Shown: piece after piece, positions 36,921 through 46,800 of the stretch
Layout: each line of letters begins with the position of its first letter
Position numbering within the stretch: position 1 is the first letter of the stretch
NCBI RefSeq assembly: GCF_963921235.1
Contig: NC_086097.1
Span: forward strand, 115,880,001-115,944,000
Source: Mobula hypostoma
Lineage: Eukaryota
Reading direction: 5' to 3'
DNA: 64,000 bases
Program-made: the position numbers and the translations under genes
The notes under the pieces: generated by a model
The model's input: the letters and a program-made list of their open reading frames with translations, nothing else
Told to the model about the DNA's origin: nothing
Database searches by the model: none

Positions 36921-37279
36921 TTGATGTTTCAAAGTACATGTGACAATTGGAGCAAATCTTCAATCTCTAACTATTAGTTGCACCCAGCCTTGGTGGAAAG
37001 AGCCTGCTTGAAAGATAAACAATGAGAGCAGGCCACCTGAATTCACAAATCATCTTTACTTGGATTGTACTGTGATTGTTGCTGGATCTCATTCCTGGCA
37101 CTAAGGAGCATCAAGTGAAAACCTTTACCAGAACTGTAGCAGTTCAAGTCGGCAATTTGTCACTATCTTCTCAAGAGCAGTTAGGTATGGGGAATAGGTG
37201 CTGGTCTTCTCAGTGATGCCTGCATTCTGAAACAAAGAAATAAGTAGGTAAATGGGAAGGACAAACAGAATATGAATTA

Positions 37280-37412
37280 TAAACACAAGGAAATCTGCAG
37301 ATGCTGGAAATCCAAAGCACCACACACAAAATGCTTGAAGTACTCAGTAGGTCAGGAGCGTTTATGGAAATGAGTAAACAGTTGACGTTTTGGGCCGAGA
37401 CCGTAATTCAGG
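37280..37412 (-). mobile_element. PLE terminal fragment
   Basis: AAACACAAGGAAATCTGCAGATGCTGGAAATCC terminus plus decayed hammerhead. Confidence 0.7.
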
Positions 37413-37599
37413 AGAGAAGAAGGATTATTTATTGCCTTGGGAGTCAAAGGTCAATCAAATCAACTACTTTGTCGATTTGCAAATGCAGGGACTTAATCCA
37501 GCTAGGCAAGATTAAAACAGTTGCTAAGAAGAATTTGCAATTAATTGTCAATGATTCACAATGATTTGCATCACGCACTGGGGTTCCCTCTTCAGTTAC

Positions 37600-38990
37600 C
37601 TGATGAGGTAACCATAGTCTTTGGCTAGGATCAGATGTCGTCTGGAGCTGCCCAACCTTCATAGAGTGTTTCAACCTTTAACCACTACACTCTCCATTTG
37701 GCAGGTCAGCAGTGGTGGCCATGTCACTGACTTCCAGCTCAACTCTACTCGCCTGCTGTACATCCAGCAAGAGGCTCTTTCTGCTTCCTCCCCCATCCTG
37801 TGAGCTGTTTGATTATTGCTCTTTTCATCAAGGCCAGGCGCAGACAGCAACCTCCAAGCCTACCTTGCTGGGAACCCTCTACAATCGATCTCCACAGGGA
37901 ATAGCCATGTCTGCCATCCTTTGTCCCTGCACTCCTAGACTAAGGACTGGAACTTCAGGGCCTTCCTCTCATGAGCCTCCTCACACCCTTCCTCCCGTGG
38001 TGCTGTGAGCTCCACCAGGATGATTCTCTTGTCTTTGGTGGACCACAGTATGATGTCTGGTCGAAGTGTGGTTAGCATCACCTCCGGGAACTGCAGTTTC
38101 CTCCCCACATCAACCCTCATCTCCATGATTTGGCAGCTTACAGCAGATTGGATTCAGGTCTGTTTAATATGACTGGTGTGGTTCTCTCTTTGATGAAAAT
38201 GGCTGCCCTATTTGGCTCTCTGCCAGCCGGTCATTTTTTACACCTCTCCTTCTCCAGTGTGTCAGCAAGGGACAGATGACCTTGTCGTGGTGCCACCTAT
38301 ACCATCCTTGAGTTAAAGCTGTTTTGTACCCTGACAGTATGTGTGCTAGTGAACCCCACCGACCACAAAGCTTGCAGTTAGAGTCCTCTCTCAGGAAAGA
38401 AATGTAGAAGGACTGCAGTCTCCAAACCTCTGTCCAAATGATCTTACACTTGGGAAGATCCCACTTCATCCAGGTGCGCTGTGACCCCAGCTCCAATGCC
38501 TCTGATAACCACCTTTCATCCTTGCAGTTTCATACCTCTGCCTGGACCATGTCACGCCTATCCCTTACACTTGCATCACTCCCCTCCCCCACCATCGTTG
38601 GAAGTGTGCAGAGCCGAGGCATTGCCGTCCCAGTCATGGGTTGCTGATGATGTCCTCAACTGCATGGAGATCACTACCCAGTCTATGGCCGAGTTGGTGG
38701 CCCATTTTTGGTCGGATCTTGTTTATTAGCTTGTCATTGGAGCCCCTCAGTGTTAACACAATTCTACATTTTGGCACCTTGAACTCCTGCATTACCAATG
38801 ACAATGGGAGCTGTAGATAACCTGATCTTACGTCGAGCCTTTGACATCTTATGTAGAGTTCTTATTACAGAAAAGATGTGTTTTTAATGGTTATTTCCTT
38901 AGTAACTTGCAAGGCAGCCCTGGATAAGCTGGTTTCCTGTATCAGTAAAGACAAACCACTCTAAGTGGTTGATGCTTGATGTAATGAATG
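37600..38990 (-). mobile_element. HERO-like non-LTR element 3' part (Zn knuckle plus restriction-like endonuclease), degraded
   Basis: CKLCGRWGSLAHILSG..YRWHHDKV (CCHC knuckle and RHD-like motif); LRPDIILWS..ILVELTAPREEG.EEAHERKALK (PD-(D/E)xK). Confidence 0.8.
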
Positions 38991-39100
38991 TATAATTGCG
39001 TGTGTGTGTGTATATATATATGTGTTATCTGTATCAGGGTCAGGGATCAAAGAGCATCATAGATCAACTATATTCACTATATTCACCATGATACATTCAG

Positions 39101-40039
39101 ATAGTCATAGTCATAGTCATAGTCATACTTTATTGATCCCGAAGGAAATTGGTTTTTGATACAGTTGTACCATAAATAATTAAATGGTAATATGTAAATT
39201 ATGCAGGAAATAAGTCCAGGACCAGCCTATTGGCTCAGGGTGTCTGACCCTCCAAGGGAGGAGTTGTAAAGTTTGATGGCCACAGGCAGGAATGACTTCC
39301 TATGACACTCTGTGTTGCACCTTGGTGGAATGAGTCTCTGGCTGAATGTACTCCTGTGCCCACCCAGTACATTATGTAGTGGATGGGAAACATTGTCCAA
39401 GATAGCATGCAACTTGGACAGCATCCTCTTTTCAGACACCACCGTCAGAGAGTCCAGTTCCATCCCCACAACATCACTGGCCTTATGAATGAGTTTGTTG
39501 ATTCTGTTGGTATCTGCTACCCTCAGCCTGCTGCCCCCGCACACAACTGCAAACATGATAGCACTGGCCACCACAGACTTGTAGAACATCCTCAGCATCG
39601 TCCGACAGATGTTAAAGGACCTCAGTCTCCTCAGGAAATAGAGACGGCTCTGACCCTTCTTGTAGATAGCCTCAGTGTTCTTTGACCAGTCCAGTTTATT
39701 GTCAATTCGTATCCCCAGGTATTTGTAATCCTCCACCGTGTCCACACTGACCCCCTGGATGGAAACAGGGGTCACCGGTGCCTTAGAGCTCCTCAGGTCT
39801 ACCACCAGCTCCTTAGTCTTTTTCACATTAAGCTGCAGATAATTCTGTTCACACCATGTGACAAAGTTTCCTACCGTAGCCCTGTACTCAGCCTCATCTC
39901 CCTTGCTGATGCATCCAACTATGGCAGTGTCATCAAAAAACTTCCAAAGATGACAAGACTCTGTGCAGTAGTTGAAGTTCAAGGTGTAAATGGTGAAGAG
40001 AAAGGGAGACAAGACAGTCCCCTGTGGAGCCCCAGTGCT
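39101..40039 (-). mobile_element. Rex1/Babar LINE, 5'-truncated, with open C-terminal frame
   Basis: GAPQGTVLSPFLFT; ORF 39227-40012 of 261 aa; (GACTAT)n tail. Confidence 0.9.
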
Positions 40040-40626
40040 CCACAGATATATTAGGAATTTGGTATGTTGGCACTAAATACAACAAAAACAAAACTAAAAT
40101 ACTACAATAAACAGTTTAACAAATACTGATTTGTCAGAAATTGTGTACCCATTGTACAAAATGGGATTGAGCCAACTTCGAGAATTAATATATATGAGGG
40201 AGGCTGTGGATTTGCATACCAATGTAACACAGCATGATTCAAATTCCAGATTGAGATTACACAAAAAGTTATGAAGACATTGTCAAAGGATAGATAATAA
40301 TTAAGGCTTAATTAATGAAATCGTAACTTATCCAGTTCTGATTTAGCTACACTTCTTTGCAAAAGTGCATGTTGATAGCAAAAGTTATATTATATTGCTG
40401 AACATTCTTTGTAAAATATCCCCATACTGAATCAAAAATTAAATCTTCAGCCTCCAAGTACGGTAGACTCTTCATTTTCATGTAAGGTGTTAAGAAAGAG
40501 CAAACAGGCAAATGAGAAGAGAAGTGATAATGGGCAGTGAGGTGCAGCTCCATGGACCTGCCTTGAGCACTGCAAGGTATAATCAATTTAAGTTTATTAA
40601 GAAAATGATGGTAGTAAGCAACTATT

Positions 40627-41454
40627 CTCAGGGACCGTGTTACGGAACTGGAGCTGCAGCTCGATGACCTTCGTCTGGTCAGGGAGAGCGAGGAGGTGAT
40701 AGAGAGGAGTGGAAGGCAGGTGGTCACGCCGGGGCCACGGTAGGCAGACAAGTGGGTCACGGTTAGGAGGGGGAAGGGGAAAAGGCAGGTGATGGGGAGT
40801 ACCCCGGCGGCTGTGCCCCTTAACAACAGGTACTCCTGTTTGAGTACTGTTGGAGGGGACAGCTTACCCGGGGGAAGCGACAGTGGCCCTGCCTCCGGCA
40901 CAGAGTCTGGCCCTGTAGCTCAGAAGGGTAGGGCAAGGAAGAGGAGGGCAGTTGTGATAGGGGACTCGATAGTAAGGGGGTCAGATAGGCGATTCTGTGG
41001 ACGCAGTCCAGAGACTCGGATGGTAGTTTGCCTCCCTGGTGCCAGGGTCCGGGATATTTCTGATCGTGTCCAAGATATCCTGAAGTGGGAGGGTGAAGAG
41101 CCAGAGGTCCTGGTACATATAGGTACCAATGACATAGGTAGGAAAAGGGATGAGGTCCTGAAAGAAGAATATAGGGAGCTAGGAAGGGAGTTGAGAAAAA
41201 GGACCGCAAAGGTAGTAATCTCGGGATTACTGCCTGTGCCACGCGACAGTGAGAGTAGGAATGCGATGAGGTGGAGGATAAATGCGTGGCTGAGGGATTG
41301 GAGCAGGGGGCAGGGATTCAAGTTTTTGGATCATTGGGACCTCTTTTGGCGCAGGTGTGACCTGTACAAAAAGGACGGGTTACACTTAAATCCTAGGGGG
41401 ACCAATATCCTGGCAGGGAGATTAGCGGGGGCTACTGAGGTGACTTTAAACTAG
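40627..41454 (+). pseudogene. CR1 ORF1p (coiled coil plus SGNH/GDSL esterase), N-terminally truncated, one internal stop
   Basis: LRDRVTELELQLDDLRL..GPR* (TAG 40741-40743)..IGDSIVRG..HIGTND..DGLHLN..TLN*. Confidence 0.9.
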
Positions 41455-44400
41455 AATGGTTGGGGGGTGGGAATCAAATTAAAGAGGCTAGGTGTGAGGA
41501 GGTTAGTTCACAACAGAGGGATGGGAACCAGTGCAGAGAGACAGAGGGGTGTAAAGTGAGCGTAGAAGCAAAAAGTACAAAGGGGAAAAGTAAAAGTGGC
41601 AGGCTGACAAATCCAGGGCAAGCATTAAAAAGGACTAAGAGAGTTGTAAAAGAGCGCCTGAAGGCTTTATGTGTCAATGCAAGGAGCATTCGTAATAAGG
41701 TGGATGAATTGAAAGTGCAGATTGTTATTAATGATTATGATATAGTTGGGATCACAGAGACATGGCTCCAGGGTGACCAGGGATGGGAGCTCAACGTTCA
41801 GGGATATTCAATATTCAGGAGGGATAGACATGAAGGAAGGGGAGGTGGGGTGGCGTTGCTGGTTAAAAAAGAGATTAACGCAATAGAAAGGAAGGACATA
41901 AGCCGGGAAGATGTGGAATCGATATGGGTAGAGCTGCGTAACACTAAGGGGCAGAAGACGCTGGTGGGAGTTGTGTACAGGCCACCTAACAGTAGTAGTG
42001 AGGTCGGAGATGGTATTAAACAGGAAATTAGAAATGTGTGCAATAAAGGAACAGCAGTTATAATGGGTGACTTCAATCTACATGTAGACTGGGTGAACCA
42101 AATTGGTAAAGGTGCTGAGGAAGAGGATTTCTTGGAATGTATGCGGGATGGTTTTTTGAACCAACATGTCGAGGAACCAACTAGAGAGCAGGCTATTCTG
42201 GACTGGGTTTTGAGCAATGAGGAAGGGTTAATTAGCGATCTTGTCGTGAGAGGCCCCTTGGGTAAGAGTGACCATAATATGGTGGAATTCTTCATTAATA
42301 TGGAGAGTGACACAGTTAATTCAGAAACAAAGGTTCTGAACTTAAAGAGGGGTAACTTTGAAGGTATGAGTCGTGAATTAGCTAAGATAGACTGGCATAT
42401 GACACTTAAAGGATTGACGGTGGATATGCAATGGCAAGCATTTAAAGGTTGCATGGATGAACTACAACAATTGTTCATCCCAGTGTGGCAAAAGAATAAA
42501 TCAAGGAAGGTAGTGCACCCGTGGCTGACAAGAGAAATTAGGGATTGTATCAATTCCAAAGAAGTAGCATACAAATTAGCCAGAGAAAGTGGCTCACCTG
42601 AGGACTGGGAGAAATTCAGAGTTCAGCAGAGGAGGACAAAGGGCTTAATTAGGAAGGGGAAAAAAGATTATGAGAGAAAACTGGCAGAGAACATAAAAAC
42701 GGACTGTAAAAGCTTTTATAGATATGTAAAAAGGAAAAGACTGATAAAGACAAATGTAGGTCCCCTGCAAACTGAAACAGGTGAATTGATTATGGGGAGC
42801 AAGGACATGGCAGACCAATTGAATAATTACTTTGGTTCTGTCTTCACTAAGGAGGACATAAATAATCTTCCAGAAATAGTAAGGGACAGAGGGTCCAGTG
42901 AGATGGAGGAACTGAGCGAAATACATGTTAGTAGGGAAGTGGTGTTAGGTAAATTGAAGGGATTGAAGGCAGATAAATCCCCAGGGCCAGATGGTCTGCA
43001 TCCCAGAGTGCTTAAGGAAGTGGCCCAAGAAATAGTGGATGCATTAGTGATAATTGTTCAAAACTCGTTAGATTCTGGACTAGTTCCTGAGGATTGGAGG
43101 GTGGCTAATGTAACCCCACTTTTTAAAAAAGGAGGGAGAGAGAAACCGGGGAATTATAGGCCGGTTAGCCTAACGTCGGTGGTGGGGAAACTGCTGGAGT
43201 CAGTTATCAAGGATGTGATAACAGCACATTTGGAAAGCGGTGAAATGATCGGACAAAGTCAGCATGGATTTGTGAAAGGAAAATCATGTCTGACGAATCT
43301 CATAGAATTTTTTGAGGATGTAACTAGTAGAGTGGATAGGGGAGAACCAGTGGATGTGGTATATTTGGATTTTCAAAAGGCTTTTGACAAGGTCCCACAC
43401 AGGAGATTAGTGTGCAAGCTTAAAGCACACGGTATTGGGGGTAAGGTATTGGTGTGGGTGGAGAATTGGTTAGCAGACAGGAAGCAAAGAGTGGGAATAA
43501 ACGGGACCTTTTCAGAATGGCAGGCGGTGACTAGTGGGGTACCGCAAGGCTCAGTGCTGGGACCCCAGTTGTTTACAATATATATTAATGACTTGGATGA
43601 GGGAATTAAATGCAGCATCTCCAAGTTTGCGGATGACACGAAGCTGGGTGGCAGTGTTAGCAGTGAGGAGGATGCTAAGAGGATGCAGGGTGACTTGGAT
43701 AGGTTGGGTGAGTGGGCAAACTCATGGCAGATGCAATTTAATGTGGATAAATGTGAAGTTATCCACTTTGGTGGCAAAAATAGGAAAACAGATTATTATC
43801 TGAATGGTGGCCGATTAGGAAAAGGGGAGGTGCAACGAGACCTGGGTGTCATTATACACCAGTCATTGAAAGTGGGCATGCAGGTACAGCAGGCGGTGAA
43901 AAAGGCGAACGGTATGCTGGCATTTATAGCGAGAGGATTCGAGTACAGGAGCAGGGAGGTACTACTGCAGTTGTACAAGGCCTTGGTGAGACCACACCTG
44001 GAGTATTGTGTGCAGTTTTGGTCCCCTAATCTGAGGAAAGACATCTTTGCCATAGAGGGAGTACAAAGAAGGTTCACCAGATTGATTCCTGGGATGGCAG
44101 GTCTTTCATATGAAGAAAGACTGGATGAACTGGGCTTGTACTCGTTGGAATTTAGAAGATTGAGGGGGGATCTGATTGAAACGTATAAGATCCTAAAGGG
44201 ATTGGACAGGCTAGATGCGGGAAGATTGTTCCCGATGTTGGGGAGGTCCAGAATGAGGGGTCACAGTTTGAGGATAGAGGAGAAGCCTTTTAGGACCGAG
44301 ATTAGGAAAAACTTCTTCACACGGAGAGTGGTGAATCTGTGGAATTCTCTGCCACAGCAAACTGTTGAGGCCAGTTCATTAGCTATGTTTAAAAGGAAGT

Positions 44401-44465
44401 TAGATATGGCCCTTGTGGCTACAGGGGTCAGGGGGTATGGAGGGAAGGCTGGGGCGGGGTTCTGA
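41445..44465 (+). CDS. CR1 ORF2p: APE endonuclease plus reverse transcriptase (no AUG start; frame open from 41439)
   Basis: NARSIRNK, ITETWL, GGGVALLV, MGDFN, SDH; KSPGPDG, NYRPVSLTS, QHGF, DFQKAFDKVPH, QGSVLGP, FADD; no stops. Confidence 0.93.
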   Translation, partial: FKLEWLGGGNQIKEARCEEVSSQQRDGNQCRETEGCKVSVEAKSTKGKSKSGRLTNPGQALKRTKRVVKERLKALCVNARSIRNKVDELKVQIVINDYDIVGITETWLQGDQGWELNVQGYSIFRRDRHEGRGGGVALLVKKEINAIERKDISREDVESIWVELRNTKGQKTLVGVVYRPPNSSSEVGDGIKQEIRNVCNKGTAVIMGDFNLHVDWVNQIGKGAEEEDFLECMRDGFLNQHVEEPTREQAILDWVLSNEEGLISDLVVRGPLGKSDHNMVEFFINMESDTVNSETKVLNLKRGNFEGMSRELAKIDWHMTLKGLTVDMQWQAFKGCMDELQQLFIPVWQKNKSRKVVHPWLTREIRDCINSKEVAYKLARESGSPEDWEKFRVQQRRTKGLIRKGKKDYERKLAENIKTDCKSFYRYVKRKRLIKTNVGPLQTETGELIMGSKDMADQLNNYFGSVFTKEDINNLPEIVRDRGSSEMEELSEIHVSREVVLGKLKGLKADKSPGPDGLHPRVLKEVAQEIVDALVIIVQNSLDSGLVPEDWRVANVTPLFKKGGREKPGNYRPVSLTSVVGKLLESVIKDVITAHLESGEMIGQSQHGFVKGKSCLTNLIEFFEDVTSRVDRGEPVDVVYLDFQKAFDKVPHRRLVCKLKAHGIGGKVLVWVENWLADRKQRVGINGTFSEWQAVTSGVPQGSVLGPQLFTIYINDLDEGIKCSISKFADDTKLGGSVSSEEDAKRMQGDLDRLGEWANSWQMQFNVDKCEVIHFGGKNRKTDYYLNGGRLGKGEVQRDLGVIIHQSLKVGMQVQQAVKKANGMLAFIARGFEYRSREVLLQLYKALVRPHLEYCVQFWSPNLRKDIFAIEGVQRRFTRLIPGMAGLSYEERLDELGLYSLEFRRLRGDLIETYKILKGLDRLDAGRLFPMLGRSRMRGHSLRIEEKPFRTEIRKNFFTRRVVNLWNSLPQQTVEASSLAMFKRKLDMALVATGVRGYGGKAGAGF

Positions 44466-45784
44466 GTTGGATGATCAGCCATGATCATAATAAGTGGCGG
44501 TGCAGGCTCGAAGGGCCGAATGGCCTACTCCTGCACCTATTTTCTATGTTTCTATGTTTCTTTTATTTTTAAATTTTACTATTGACTGAATCTAGTTATT
44601 AGAGAGTAATAAAGCAAAATTGGGTATAAGCCTAATCTAAGTGACCTACACTAGTTATTTTATATGAAGAAACTATGTTGTATTGGTCATGGAATCATCT
44701 TTGGGACATTTTCTCCATGGGAATTCCATAAGAAGCATGTTCTGCACTAACAATCAAATAAATCAGAGTCTGAAAGAAGCAAGCATTAATTTTACGTCGG
44801 AACAATTGTGGGGATTATTGATCCTACGGAGGACATGCTCCATGGATTAACCAAGGTCAAAGAAGCCATAGCTATTTCGGAATCCAATTTTTTCGAGGTA
44901 GTGAGGAAAAATAAATGAAAAGGCCTGTTTCTCTAGTTGGTGATTGAAGAACAACTTTTACGGTTCATGAGATCTCCAGAATACAATTCTTTAAAATTTA
45001 CTGGTGATTAGAATGTACTAGTAATCTATTAAGGACTGTTCTTCGATAAGTTAATGAAATTCAATATTATCTGATTGGTTTCAATATTTCTAGGAAATAA
45101 TTTATGTTTGGGTCAGGAGTCAGATGGCTCAGTTATTACTTGGTTGGAGAGCTGTACAGAAGTACAATGTGCAGCAGAGTTTCTCGGGAGAAGCAATTGC
45201 CAGTCACTTAGTTTGAGAAGTGCCCAGAGTTAAAGGTAACATATTACGTTTCCCCCTCCTTGATGCAGGGCACTTTAGAGTCATCAGAATACTCACTGCT
45301 CAGTGTTATCAGAGTCTTGTAAAGGACAGTGAAGCTGTGCTGGAATGCTGCTCCTTTGTGTGATATTTGAGTGTGTTTGAACAGATTGTTTTCTCATTTT
45401 TCAGCCATTGGGTACTTAGTGAAAAAACAAATGAATATGCGATAATCAAAATCCAGAAATATTAATGTATTTTGATCAATATCTATTTATACTTTTCATG
45501 ACTGATTTATCAACATTGCACCAGAGCGGAAAACGCAAGATAGTATATGAATTCAAAGATGAATATGAGTGATAAAGGAAGTGCACTGAATGATAACATG
45601 TTTTCATTGTGTGAAACAAGCTGTATGTAATAGATATGTAGAGCTCGATTACACTGAGATATTACTGAAAATCATTCAGATGAGGATATGTTACAGCAAC
45701 ATAACGTGCTACGTCCTTATTGGCTTCATGTCAATCTACTGTTAAGGGTCATTTCAGGTTCCTCCCTTGGAATCTCATTTTAAA

Positions 45785-46800
45785 ACATGGAACACTGCAG
45801 CAGAGTAGAGGCCCTTCGGCCCATGATGTTGTGCTGACCTTTTAACCTATTCTAAGACCAATCAAACCCTTCCCTTTTACATTGCCCTCCATTTTTCTCT
45901 CATACATGTGCCTATCTAAGAGTTTCTTAAATCTCCCTAATGTATCTGCCTCTACCCCCATTCCACACACCCACCACTCTCTGTGTAATAAACCTACTTC
46001 TGATATCCCCACTAAACTTTCCTCTAATCACCTTAAATTTGTGTCCCCTGGTATTAGCCATTTCTGCCCTGGGGAAAAAAAAATAGATTAGATTATGAGG
46101 ACACTCAGTCCTCGTTTATTGTCATTTAGAAATGCTTTTACATTAAAAAAATGATACAATGTTCTTCCAGAGAGATATCACAGAAAGACAGGACAAACCA
46201 AGACTAAAACTGACAAAACCACAGAATTATAACATATAGTTACAACAGTGCAAAGCAATACCGTAATTTGATAAAGAGCAGATCATGGGCATGGTAAAAA
46301 AAGTCTCAAAGTCCCGATAGCCCCATCATCTCACACAGATGGTAGAAGGGAGAAACTCTCCCTGCCATGGACTTCCAAGCACTGCAAACTTGCCGATGCA
46401 TTGGAAGCACCTAACCGTAGCCGAATCTGAGTCCGTCCGAAAACTTCAAGCCTCTGACCAGCCCTCTGACACTGAGCACCCAGCGCCATCCTCTGCCAAG
46501 CGCTTTGACCCCAACCTGGCTGCTGAACAACAAGCAAAGCTGAGGATTCGGGGCCTTCCCCTCCGGAGATTGCGGATCACACAGTAGCAGCGGCAGTGAA
46601 GCAGGCATTTCAGAAGTTTCACCAGATGTTCCTCCGTGCTCTCACATCCGTCTCCATCAAATCAGGATTGTGCACAGCATCCTACTTGACAGATAACAGA
46701 CATCATCATCACTGGTGTGGCCGCAGCAAGCTGCATTGCACCGCCATCTTCTCCTCCTTGTTTATCCACTCGATCTATGCCTCTCATCATGTTGTGCACA
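45785..46800 (-). mobile_element. CR1 3' fragment interrupted at 46084-46757
   Basis: CR1 tail at 45785-46080; CR1 sequence resumes at 46758 (TTATCCACTCGATCTATGCCTCTCATCAT). Confidence 0.7.
46084..46757 (-). mobile_element. Non-coding retroposon with AAGATGGCGG head and Rex1-type (TCTAA)n tail
   Basis: Minus strand starts GGAGGAGAAGATGGCGG and ends TGACAATAAA..ATAATCTAATCTA, like the Rex1 tail at 23998; no RT motifs. Confidence 0.6.

Larger units (their letters stand above)
40627..44560 (+). mobile_element. Young CR1 LINE, 5'-truncated within ORF1, with intact ORF2
   Basis: ORF1 coiled coil plus esterase, ORF2 of 1001 codons, tail stem GGCC-GAAT-GGCC and (TTCTATGT)n repeats. Confidence 0.97.

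Noticed and set aside
40347..40901. 184-aa minus ORF spanning the CR1 5' junction
   Set aside because: Half is antisense CR1 ORF1 and half is AT-rich flank; no recognisable domain.
41798..44488. Long minus-strand ORFs (258, 134 and 93 aa)
   Set aside because: Antisense shadows of the open CR1 ORF2 with no independent motifs.
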